A DNA stretch of 64,000 bases, from NCBI GenBank assembly GCA_016744535.1, contig JADGEE010000003.1, positions 4,328 to 68,327 of the forward strand, read 5' to 3'. This stretch comes from Campylobacteraceae bacterium. GTDB lineage: Bacteria > Campylobacterota > Campylobacteria > Campylobacterales > BB28. Shown here piece after piece: positions 40,002 through 49,185 of the stretch (the first letter of the stretch is position 1; the number at the start of each line of letters is the position of its first letter). Made by a program: the position numbers and the translations under genes. The notes beneath the pieces are model-generated. The model was not told the origin of the DNA and did not search any database. It was given only the letters and a program-made list of their open reading frames with translations.

Positions 40002-41105
40002 ATGCAAGAGTTAAAATATAATTTAGAAGAGTTACAAAAAAAAGCTAAAGAGAGAACAGTTAAAACTCAAAATATTGAATATTCACCTGAAATGTTATTA
40101 AAAAGGGTAGATAATGGTGAAATAAAAATCAATCCTGAATATCAAAGAAGGCATAGATGGACTCCTGAAATATCATCTCGTTTAATAGAGAGTTTGATTT
40201 TAAATATTCCTATTCCTTTAATCTATTTGTCACAAGATATTGATATAGATGAAGAGACAAAAGAGGGAATAGCACGATATTCAATAATAGATGGACAACA
40301 AAGAGTTACAGCAATTATTAATTTTTTTAAAAATGAGTATCCCCTAACAAGTTTAGAGGTATTAAAAGAGTTAGAGGGAAATTATTTCAAAGATTTACCA
40401 CCATTTTTAGTAAGAAGATTAGAAGATAGGAGTATAAAATTTTTAAGAGTAGATTCAACTGCTGATTCCAAAGTTAAATATGATATTTTTGAGAGATTAA
40501 ACTCTGGTTCAGTTCACTTAGAACCACAAGAGTTAAGAAATTCTATATATAGAGGAAAATTTAATGATTTAATTAAAGAGTTATCAGTAGATGAAAATTT
40601 TAGAAAATTACTACAAATTGATTCAAATGAGCATAAAAAAGTAAAAAAGATGGAGGATGTAGAGTTAGTTTTAAGATTTTTTGCTTTAAGTAACAATGAT
40701 GGTTATAAAAATGTAAAGCAAGGAATTGTACATTTTTTATCTGAAGCTATGAAAAATTTTAATAAATTAAATAATGAAGAGTTAGAAGAGTTAAAAGATA
40801 AATTTAAAAAAGTAATGGAAGTTATACTTAAATTTTTTGATGACAAAGCATTTGCTAAATATAATGCAAGGAAAATAACACCTTTTAATACATCTGTTTA
40901 TGATGCACTTTCTATTGCTGTGGCAAAAGAAGTTGATTTAGATAATCCAAATATACCAAAAGAAAAAATAGAAAAGTTTAAAGACCTTTTTAAAAATGAT
41001 GAAGATAATAAATTTTTTATTTCTATAGATAATAATACTACTGATAGTCAAAAAATTATATATATAATAGATAGAGTGAGAAAGATATTATCAAATGGAA
41101 ACTAA
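40002..41105 (+). CDS. DUF262 (ParB/Srx-like) domain protein
   Basis: Motifs are PEYQRRHRW, IIDGQQRVTAI and FERLNSGSVHLEPQELRN. I see no DUF1524 His-Me nuclease half. Confidence 0.85.
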   Translation: MQELKYNLEELQKKAKERTVKTQNIEYSPEMLLKRVDNGEIKINPEYQRRHRWTPEISSRLIESLILNIPIPLIYLSQDIDIDEETKEGIARYSIIDGQQRVTAIINFFKNEYPLTSLEVLKELEGNYFKDLPPFLVRRLEDRSIKFLRVDSTADSKVKYDIFERLNSGSVHLEPQELRNSIYRGKFNDLIKELSVDENFRKLLQIDSNEHKKVKKMEDVELVLRFFALSNNDGYKNVKQGIVHFLSEAMKNFNKLNNEELEELKDKFKKVMEVILKFFDDKAFAKYNARKITPFNTSVYDALSIAVAKEVDLDNPNIPKEKIEKFKDLFKNDEDNKFFISIDNNTTDSQKIIYIIDRVRKILSNGN

Positions 41106-41895
41106 TTTATATGAATTAGTAAATACTTTAAATAATAGACAAAAAGAGATAGAAATATTAATTGAAGAGATTAAAATTCATCAAAATAATTTACAAAAAG
41201 AGGATTTATATAACTCTTTATGTAGAAGTACAACAATTTTAATTGTTTCTCATTTAGAGGGCTTTATGAAAGATTTGGCAAAAGCAATTATTGATGATAT
41301 AAATGAAAACTTAGACTTTCAAAATATAAATAACAATTTAAAAAAAGTTTTTTGTAAGAAGTTTTTAGGTGAGAAAAAACATGAAAGCGATAAAGAGTAT
41401 ATTGAACGCCAAAATGAGTTAATTAGTACTTTTAATAATTTAGATACAAAACTTACAAAAGAGCCTTTTTTATTTAAAGATAATAAAAATCCAAAATCTG
41501 ATGTTATTAATAAAATTTGTAATAATTTTGGAGTTAGAAATATATTTTCTCATTTAAAAAATTCTAAATTAGATATAGTTTTTGAAGATGATACACAAGA
41601 AATAAGTAATTTATTAGATGAATTATTAGAGTATATTTTAAATCAATTAAGAGTTTATCCTTTTAATTTGAATATTGAGATATTTGATTTGACTCAAAAA
41701 ACTATGCTAAAAGATGAAAAAACACCATTGGAAGAGTTTTTAGAAGAGTTATTAACTAAAAGACACAGTATTGTTCATGGTAATTCAATTAATAATGAAG
41801 AAATACCTGAAAGTTTAATTAGATACAAAAATAAATCATTAATATTACAATATGGAATTATAATAGTTATGATAAACAAGATTTTTACAAGGTAA
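41095..41895 (+). CDS. HEPN-like putative RNase (RiboL-PSP / MAE_28990-like)
   Basis: It has a C-terminal Rx4H motif (LLTKRHSIVHGNS) and an N-terminal SHLEGFMKDL helix. It overlaps the DUF262 gene by 11 nt. Confidence 0.65.
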   Translation: METNLYELVNTLNNRQKEIEILIEEIKIHQNNLQKEDLYNSLCRSTTILIVSHLEGFMKDLAKAIIDDINENLDFQNINNNLKKVFCKKFLGEKKHESDKEYIERQNELISTFNNLDTKLTKEPFLFKDNKNPKSDVINKICNNFGVRNIFSHLKNSKLDIVFEDDTQEISNLLDELLEYILNQLRVYPFNLNIEIFDLTQKTMLKDEKTPLEEFLEELLTKRHSIVHGNSINNEEIPESLIRYKNKSLILQYGIIIVMINKIFTR

Positions 41896-41899
41896 TAAT

Positions 41900-42418
41900 T
41901 TGAAAATAGGACTACTTTCAGATACACATAAAAAAATAGGTCGAGCTAAAAAAGTAATTGATTTATTGATTGAAAAAGAGGTTGATTATTTAATTCACGC
42001 AGGTGATATTGGTAAATTAGAAATTTTAGAATTTTTAAGAGATAGTAATATTTCTTATGTTGCAGTAATAGGGAATAATGACTATCATTTAGTTGATTAT
42101 TCTCATAAATTTAATTTAGTGAGAGAACCACACTATTTTAAATTAAAAGATTTAAAATTTAAATTGATGCATCATCCATTCTATTTAACTCCTGATGTTG
42201 ATGTTGTAGTTTATGGACATACTCATTTTAGTGAATTTGATTTAAAAAATGATACTCTATTTCTAAATGCAGGGGAAGTTTGTGCAAGAGATACAGGAAA
42301 AAGTGAATTTATGATTTTAGAAATTTTAGAGGATAAATATATAATTGATTACTATAATAGAATTATTAAAAGTAAAAATTGGAATATAAAAAGAATAGAA
42401 TATAAAAAAAACTTATAA
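41900..42418 (+). CDS. yfcE: YfcE/MJ0936-family metallophosphoesterase
   Basis: Motifs are MKIGLLSDTH, IHAGDIG, GNNDY and YGHTH. It has a TTG start. Confidence 0.8.
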   Translation: MKIGLLSDTHKKIGRAKKVIDLLIEKEVDYLIHAGDIGKLEILEFLRDSNISYVAVIGNNDYHLVDYSHKFNLVREPHYFKLKDLKFKLMHHPFYLTPDVDVVVYGHTHFSEFDLKNDTLFLNAGEVCARDTGKSEFMILEILEDKYIIDYYNRIIKSKNWNIKRIEYKKNL

Positions 42419-42420
42419 AT

Positions 42421-43497
42421 TTAATATATTAAACTATCTCTTACATCTTCATAAACTTTTGAATTTATCTCAATTTCATATTTTGAATTTTTTATAATTT
42501 TATCTAAAACTATAATAGCAGATAAATCATAAGCTAAGTTTGTAATTTTTTCTCTTATTTTCAGTTCTTCTTTAAAAGTTAATGGATTAAAAATCAACTC
42601 TTTTGTATTTTTATAATTTTTATTAGCTAATTTGTTAAGTGTATTAATATCAATTAATTTAACCTCATCTCTATTTAAATAGTAAATATTATTTATTTTA
42701 AACTCTACTTTTCCTTTTGTAATATTTTTTCTAATTTTTGAATAAGCCAAAATATAAGAATTAATTACTATTTTATTTACAATAACTTTTGCACTTAAGA
42801 GTCTATAATTTAAAAATCTATTTTTTACTATATTAAAATCTATTTTATTCTCTTCAAGTTCGATAACTTTTTTATATAACTCTATTCTATCTTCAATTGA
42901 TTCAGGCAATATTTGTCTATTTATAGATGAAAACAACTCATCAGCTAACTTATTTTGAATCTCTCTTTGTTTAGTAAGTCCAAAGATACAACCACAATAA
43001 TTTTGTTTATATAACTTATCTTGTTTAGCTAATTCAAATTGTTTTTGTGTTCCTCCACCACTTCTATAATCTACAAAAATAAATTCTCTATCGTAATTTT
43101 TACAAACTTTATCACCAGCATTTTTTAATTGCTCAAATGATTTTTTAGGGCTTGTAAGTAGTGTTGTTGTAACTCTTTTAATATTTAATTCTTTTGCTTT
43201 TTTTACACTAACTTCAAGTCTATCATCAAAGCAGATATTACATCTTTTTCCCTTTTCTGGTTCATCTTCAAAGCCTTTAATTTGCTCTAACCAATGAGTA
43301 TAATTATACTCACCCTCGATTAATTTAACTCCCAATTTTTTACAACTCCGCTTTACATCTAAAAGTCTTAATTTATACTCACTATAAGGGTGAATATTAG
43401 GATCATAAAAAAAAGCTATTAACTCTTCATCAAAATCATTTTTTAATCTTTGCAAAAAGTAATGAGAATCAACGCTACAACAGATATGAATTAACAT
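42421..43497 (-). CDS. queH: epoxyqueuosine reductase QueH (DUF208) with ~170-aa C-terminal extension
   Basis: The N-terminal ~185 aa carry the DUF208 Cys motifs (HICCSVDS, KRCNICF, NYCGCIFG). I do not recognise the remainder. Confidence 0.75.
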   Translation of the reverse strand: MLIHICCSVDSHYFLQRLKNDFDEELIAFFYDPNIHPYSEYKLRLLDVKRSCKKLGVKLIEGEYNYTHWLEQIKGFEDEPEKGKRCNICFDDRLEVSVKKAKELNIKRVTTTLLTSPKKSFEQLKNAGDKVCKNYDREFIFVDYRSGGGTQKQFELAKQDKLYKQNYCGCIFGLTKQREIQNKLADELFSSINRQILPESIEDRIELYKKVIELEENKIDFNIVKNRFLNYRLLSAKVIVNKIVINSYILAYSKIRKNITKGKVEFKINNIYYLNRDEVKLIDINTLNKLANKNYKNTKELIFNPLTFKEELKIREKITNLAYDLSAIIVLDKIIKNSKYEIEINSKVYEDVRDSLIY

Positions 43498-44160
43498 CTA
43501 TTTATACTCTATTCTATCTTTAATTTCAGCTTTTTCAAAGCCTTTTAATCGCAATCTACAACTATCGCAAACTCCACACGCTTTATCTTCTGATTGATAA
43601 CAACTCCAAGTTAATTCAAGTGCTACATTTAACTCTATTGACTTTTTTACAATATCCTCTTTTTTTAACTCAATTAAAGGAGTTTTTATTTTTATTTTTT
43701 TATCTATAGCTGTTCCTAAATTTATACTTCTTTCATAAGAATTTATAAACTCTTTTGTACAATCTGGATAACCACTACTATCTTCTTCTACAACTCCTAT
43801 AAAAATAGCTTCTGCCTCAAATCGCTCTGCAATTGAACCTGCAATTGATAAAAAAACACCATTTCTAAATGGTACATAAGTAATTGGAACTCCATCTTCT
43901 AATCCACCTATTGGAATTTCTATATTAGAATCAGTTAAAGCTGAACCACCTATCTGTTTTAAAAAATCTAAATCTAACTCTATCTCTTTTATTGCACCAA
44001 TTTTTAGAGATATCTCTCTAAAAGCCTTTAATTCTCTCTTTTGTGTTCGTTGTCCATAATTGAAATGTAAAGTTATTATTTCAAACCCATCTTTTTTTGC
44101 AATATAACTCGCTAGTGTACTATCCATCCCACCGCTTAAAATACAAATTGCTCTTTTCAA
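43498..44160 (-). CDS. queC: 7-cyano-7-deazaguanine synthase
   Basis: It has a PP-loop (ILSGGMDST) and a C-terminal zinc site ([10 protein letters not shown]). Confidence 0.9.
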   Translation of the reverse strand: MKRAICILSGGMDSTLASYIAKKDGFEIITLHFNYGQRTQKRELKAFREISLKIGAIKEIELDLDFLKQIGGSALTDSNIEIPIGGLEDGVPITYVPFRNGVFLSIAGSIAERFEAEAIFIGVVEEDSSGYPDCTKEFINSYERSINLGTAIDKKIKIKTPLIELKKEDIVKKSIELNVALELTWSCYQSEDKACGVCDSCRLRLKGFEKAEIKDRIEYK

Positions 44161-44293
44161 ATTTATCCTTTTATTAACTACAAAAGAAATTATATATTAA
44201 ACTAATTTTTAATAGACTTAGTAATTATTTTATATAATAAAACGATATAATAAATAGGATTTATATTTTATTCAAAAGAGGAGAATAAAAGAT

Positions 44294-47200
44294 ATGGGAA
44301 ATATATTAAAAATAATTTTTAATTTTTGGATTTTAAATATTAGTTTACTCGGTGCCACCTATGAGATAGGAAGTGGTACATCTTATCAGGCTTCAGAAAC
44401 TCATCAGTTTTTACCTGGAACTTTTACAAACGCAAAAGTTCAAATTTTATTAACTGCTTCTGAATTATCAACAGCTGGTTTTTCAGGAGATATTAATGCT
44501 ATAGAGTGGTATGTTGAAACAGATAATACACCTACTGATGTTGTATATGATATATATATAGGACATATAATAAGTACAACTTTGCCAGATAATGCACTAT
44601 TTGATACAACATCGTTAAGTTTATTTGGAAATCAATTAGTTGATGTAGGAAGTTTCACAGGATGGCACGGCTCAAACTTAACTACTAATTTCACTTGGAA
44701 TGGAACAAGCAATATATTAATTCAAATTTGTAGAACAGGAAATTCAAATGGTGACAGTGATAATATAGCCTATTTTGCTGATGGTGGTATACAAATGATT
44801 ACAGGTTATTCTAACTCTTGTAGTGATACTACTGGAACTTATTCAAATACATTTAGACCTTTTTTAAGAATTTCTTCTACTCCACTAATTACAGACACAA
44901 CTCCTCCAACAGTAACAAGTATATTACCAAGTGGCTCACCAACTGCAAGTGACACAAGTGTAACTTTTACAGCTTCATTTAGTGAAGATGTAATAAATAT
45001 AGATACAAGTGATTTTGAATTAACAACAACAGGAACTGCAACTGGAAATATAGTTTCGACTTCAGTTTCTAGTGGAACTAGTGTTGATATTGTGGTTAAT
45101 ACTATTAGTGGAGTAGGCAATATTCGTTTAGATTTAGTAACAAGCCATAACTTAACTGATAGTGCTTCAAATGCTTTAAGTGGAGGATATAATAGTGGAA
45201 CTGTACATAGTGTAGATTTTAAACCAATATCCCCAAGCGATTTAGTAATAACGGCAATAAATGATACACAGATGAGTATAGATTGGGTTGATAATTCAAA
45301 TAATGAAGATAATTTTATACTATATAGCTCTACTAATGGGATTGATTATGAACTAAATGAAACTTTAGCCTCTGATACTATAACTAAATTAATGATGGAT
45401 TTAACTCCAAATACTATTTATTATTTTCAAATTGGTGCGATTAATAGTTATGGAGAAAATAATTCAAGCATTGAAAATAATTCAACATTTGCAACTCAAC
45501 CTATAGTACCAATCAATATTGGTGGCAATAGCAATTCAAATCAAATAGAATTAAATTGGAATGATAGTTCAACTATTGAAACAGGTTTTAAAATTTATAC
45601 CTCTACTGATGGAACTAATTATTCTTTAAATACAACAGTTGGTGCAAATACTACAAATGAAATAATAACAGGTTTGAGTGCAGATACAACATATTACTTT
45701 AAAATAAATTCATATATTCATATTAATTTACTTCTTACTAATTTTGATATAGTAATTAATACTCAAACAGTAACTATAAAAACAAATGACCCAGCTAATT
45801 TTACAGCATTTACAAATTTAAATAAAAATGAAGATTTTAGTGAATTTAATTTACGTATAATAGACTTAACAGACAATGACAGTGATAATTTAGTATTAAG
45901 CGTAGAAAACAATGATAGTTCACTTTTAAACATCACTAGAAGTTGGAATGCTAATTTAACATCAACAGAGTATAATTCTCAAGATTTTAATATCACTTTT
46001 ACATCAATAGCAAATACTTATGGAGTGGCAGAAATTAATGTAAGTAGTTATGACGGAAAAGATTATATAGATAATATATTTCAAATAGTTGTAAATGCCG
46101 TAAATGATATACCAATAATTACTTCAATTACAAACATATATAAAGATATAAATTTTAGTGAATTTAATATAAGTATAAATATTGATGATGTAGACACAAA
46201 TGAGTTAAATATAACAGTAGATGTAAACGATACAAGTTTAATTGATATGAATCAAACTTGGGATAATAATTTAAGTTATGAAGAATATCACTTACAAGAG
46301 TTAAATTTAACTGTAAAATCAAAATCAAATATAGAAGGAGTTGTAAGATTTACAATTTCAGCAGAAGATAATCAATTAAAACCAATTACAACATTTGATT
46401 TAAATATAAGTGCATATAATTATGCTTTAGAAGATTTAAATGCAATATCAATACCATTAACAACAATAGACAATATAGATTTATCTAGTATAGGAGCTAT
46501 AAATTCAAGTAATATAAGTTGGATTTCTAATAATACTGAAGTGCTAAATAGTAGTGGAGTTGTAAACAGGCAAATTAATAATGATGTAATTATAACCCTT
46601 ACAGCAACTTTAAATTTAATTAATACAACACTTACAAAAAACTTTGATATAACGGTAATTAGAATACCATATACTCCACCTCCCTATGTAGAATCAGAGT
46701 CAGAATCAGTTGTTGAAGAAATAACAACTGATAGTTTTAGTGAAGATAGTGGAGTAACACTTGAAATTAGCGAAGATGGAAGTACAAATTTTAATGTAAC
46801 TAGCGTAAGTGAAAGTGGTGAAGTAGTTGAAACACAAACAGAACTTCCATCAGGAACAGAAATTAGTATAAATGAAGCAGGAGAAATTGAGCAAAGTTTT
46901 GTAAGTGAAGATGGAACAGAAATAAAATTAACAACATCACAAACAGGAAAAGTAACACTAAAAGTAACAACAGCAAATGGAGAAGAGGTGAGCTTTGAAG
47001 CCCCAGCTGGGACGAAACTAAAAATAGCGGAAGATGGAAGTTCAAAACAAGATTACTCCACAAAAGATTCAAAAACAGAATTAAAAATAAGTGCAACTGG
47101 AGAGAGTGAATTAAATTTAAAATCAGAAGATGGAAACAAAGTAGAGTTAAAAAGCGAATTAGCTGGAAAAACGGAGTTAAAAGAGAGTGGAGGCTTTAAA

Positions 47201-49153
47201 CAGAGTTTTGAAACTGGAGATAATAAAATATCAATTGAGGGTTCTAAACAAGCAAACTCACAAGCGGTTATAGAGTTACCAAATTTAAAATTAACACTAA
47301 CACCTCCTAAAAATGGAAAAGTATCCGTTAAAAAAGATGGAAGTGTATCAATAGCAAATGACACAATAACTTCAATTGGAACAGTGAAAAGTGAAATGAG
47401 GGTAAATCCAGATACAGGAGATGCTTCAGTAGAGGTTAATATTCAAAGTAATCAAAGAGGAGTAGTCCCTAAAAAAATATTTTATTCAACTAGAAAAGAT
47501 ATATCAAATATAAAATTAGAAGTGATTTTAGATGAGCGAAAAGCTAAATCAAGAGCATTTAATAGCTCAAAAAGTAAAACAGGAAAAATAAAAGCAGTTT
47601 TTTCAACAAGAAAAAGCTTTAATTTTAAGGAAAATATATCAAGGGAAGTTAGTAATAGCTCATTAGGAGTTACACCTTTGAGTGATGCAGAGTTTGAAGA
47701 AAATTTATATTTTGATAATTCACAAGAGTTGAAATTGAAATCAGGAAGTGCAAATATAAAAGGATTTTTTAGCACTAGAGGAAGTTTTTCAAATAAGAGA
47801 AAAACCACAAATACGGATTTGATTAATAATAGAGATTTTAGTATGAAATCAAATAGTGCTATTATGAGTGAAAATAATATTATAGCAACTCTAAATGAGG
47901 GTAATTTAAAAACTGATTTACAAGCAAATTCAAATGGTGATTTAAACATTAATATCACTAATTTTACAAATACAAAAAGAGGTTTAAAAACAACAGCGAA
48001 AAAACTATTTTATTCAGTTAGAAAAGATTTTTCAAATGTGAAAGTAGAAATTATAGAAAATTCAAATCAAAGAGGATTTAAATCACCTAAAATTAAAACA
48101 CTTTTTTCAACAAGAGAAAGCTTTAATTTTAAATCCTCAAATTTAAGAACAGTAGATGAAATAGAGATAATTCCAGTAGATGAAAACACAACATTTACTG
48201 AAAATATATTAGAAGATGGAAGTAGATATATAGAGTTAATTTCAGGTACAGCTAGTATTAATAGTGAAACTATGATTTTAAATAAAAGTTATGAACTTCC
48301 TGCACTAGAATTAATTGAAGTGGTAGAAGATTTAATTATAAATCAAGAGGTAAAATTAGAGTTACAAAAAGAGTGGAATTTAATTTCAACTCCAATATCA
48401 GAAGATATTAGTGATAAATTTATATTTCAAGATTATGATTTAATTTGGAATTTTAAAGATAATAATTGGGTTAAGAATCCAAGCATTTTATATTATGAAG
48501 ATGGATATTGGATAAAAACAGATAGCGAAAATAATATAACTTTTAAAGGTAGTAGTTATACTCCTAACTTAAAAAGAGTTGTTTCAACTTGGGCATTAGT
48601 TGGAACTGGAACAGAAATTAATGATATAAATAATTTAATAAGTGAAGAAAAAATTAAAGAAATTTATCAATTTAAAGATAATAAATGGTTAAAGTCAAAT
48701 GATATTAATTCACTAAATATTGGTGATGGTTTTTGGATAAAAAAGATACCAGCAGATTTTATATTTAATATCAAAGAGGGTTGGAATTTACTATCACTTC
48801 CAACAAAAGAGATAATTTCAAATATGTCTATTTTTGGTGACTATGAAGAGATATTAATTTATGATAATAAAGAGTGGATTAAAAATCCAAACCAAATAAA
48901 GCCAATGCAGGGGTTTTGGATAAACTCTAATGAAAACATATCACTTGCTTTTTACGGAGAGGGATATAATATTGATATCAACTCTTTAAGTATTGGTTGG
49001 TCGCTTGTGGGCGGAAATATTAATTTTGAAAATTTAAAATTTTCTGAAATTAAATCAATATTACTATTTAAAAATGATAAATGGACTACGGTTGATTCTT
49101 TTAAAAATATTGATTTAATTAAAAAAGCTGATGGTTTTTGGATTTTAAAATAA
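44294..49153 (+). CDS. giant surface protein (Ig-like, 2x FN3, NDxP cadherin/tandem-95-like repeats, shared tail)
   Basis: 1619 aa with an N-terminal hydrophobic leader. It has an Ig-like segment (TDTTPPTVTSILP...) and two FN3 units (...TIYYFQIGAINSYG; ...TTYYFKINSY). It also has VNAVNDIPIITSI repeats and a bacterial Ig unit (ISWISNNTEVLNSSGVV...LTATL). From YVESESES onward it matches the tail of the next ORF. Confidence 0.85.
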   Translation: MGNILKIIFNFWILNISLLGATYEIGSGTSYQASETHQFLPGTFTNAKVQILLTASELSTAGFSGDINAIEWYVETDNTPTDVVYDIYIGHIISTTLPDNALFDTTSLSLFGNQLVDVGSFTGWHGSNLTTNFTWNGTSNILIQICRTGNSNGDSDNIAYFADGGIQMITGYSNSCSDTTGTYSNTFRPFLRISSTPLITDTTPPTVTSILPSGSPTASDTSVTFTASFSEDVINIDTSDFELTTTGTATGNIVSTSVSSGTSVDIVVNTISGVGNIRLDLVTSHNLTDSASNALSGGYNSGTVHSVDFKPISPSDLVITAINDTQMSIDWVDNSNNEDNFILYSSTNGIDYELNETLASDTITKLMMDLTPNTIYYFQIGAINSYGENNSSIENNSTFATQPIVPINIGGNSNSNQIELNWNDSSTIETGFKIYTSTDGTNYSLNTTVGANTTNEIITGLSADTTYYFKINSYIHINLLLTNFDIVINTQTVTIKTNDPANFTAFTNLNKNEDFSEFNLRIIDLTDNDSDNLVLSVENNDSSLLNITRSWNANLTSTEYNSQDFNITFTSIANTYGVAEINVSSYDGKDYIDNIFQIVVNAVNDIPIITSITNIYKDINFSEFNISINIDDVDTNELNITVDVNDTSLIDMNQTWDNNLSYEEYHLQELNLTVKSKSNIEGVVRFTISAEDNQLKPITTFDLNISAYNYALEDLNAISIPLTTIDNIDLSSIGAINSSNISWISNNTEVLNSSGVVNRQINNDVIITLTATLNLINTTLTKNFDITVIRIPYTPPPYVESESESVVEEITTDSFSEDSGVTLEISEDGSTNFNVTSVSESGEVVETQTELPSGTEISINEAGEIEQSFVSEDGTEIKLTTSQTGKVTLKVTTANGEEVSFEAPAGTKLKIAEDGSSKQDYSTKDSKTELKISATGESELNLKSEDGNKVELKSELAGKTELKESGGFKQSFETGDNKISIEGSKQANSQAVIELPNLKLTLTPPKNGKVSVKKDGSVSIANDTITSIGTVKSEMRVNPDTGDASVEVNIQSNQRGVVPKKIFYSTRKDISNIKLEVILDERKAKSRAFNSSKSKTGKIKAVFSTRKSFNFKENISREVSNSSLGVTPLSDAEFEENLYFDNSQELKLKSGSANIKGFFSTRGSFSNKRKTTNTDLINNRDFSMKSNSAIMSENNIIATLNEGNLKTDLQANSNGDLNINITNFTNTKRGLKTTAKKLFYSVRKDFSNVKVEIIENSNQRGFKSPKIKTLFSTRESFNFKSSNLRTVDEIEIIPVDENTTFTENILEDGSRYIELISGTASINSETMILNKSYELPALELIEVVEDLIINQEVKLELQKEWNLISTPISEDISDKFIFQDYDLIWNFKDNNWVKNPSILYYEDGYWIKTDSENNITFKGSSYTPNLKRVVSTWALVGTGTEINDINNLISEEKIKEIYQFKDNKWLKSNDINSLNIGDGFWIKKIPADFIFNIKEGWNLLSLPTKEIISNMSIFGDYEEILIYDNKEWIKNPNQIKPMQGFWINSNENISLAFYGEGYNIDINSLSIGWSLVGGNINFENLKFSEIKSILLFKNDKWTTVDSFKNIDLIKKADGFWILK

Positions 49154-49168
49154 AATAAATTTAAATAA
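46682..49168 (+). repeat. copy 1 of a 2,487-bp direct repeat
   Basis: It aligns to 53707..56193 at an offset of 7,025 bp. The encoded proteins are identical except for A/S (G49127 against T56152). The antisense ORF translations are also identical. The repeat runs 15 nt past the stop codon. Confidence 0.9.
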
Positions 49169-49185
49169 TAGATAAGGATGTAAAA

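Noticed and set aside
46863-47958. Three antisense ORFs (77, 103 and 158 aa), duplicated again at 53888..54983.
   Set aside because: They are Leu/Phe/Ser-rich reverse-frame translations of the Glu/Lys/Ser-rich tail. They appear twice only because the underlying 2.5-kb DNA is repeated.
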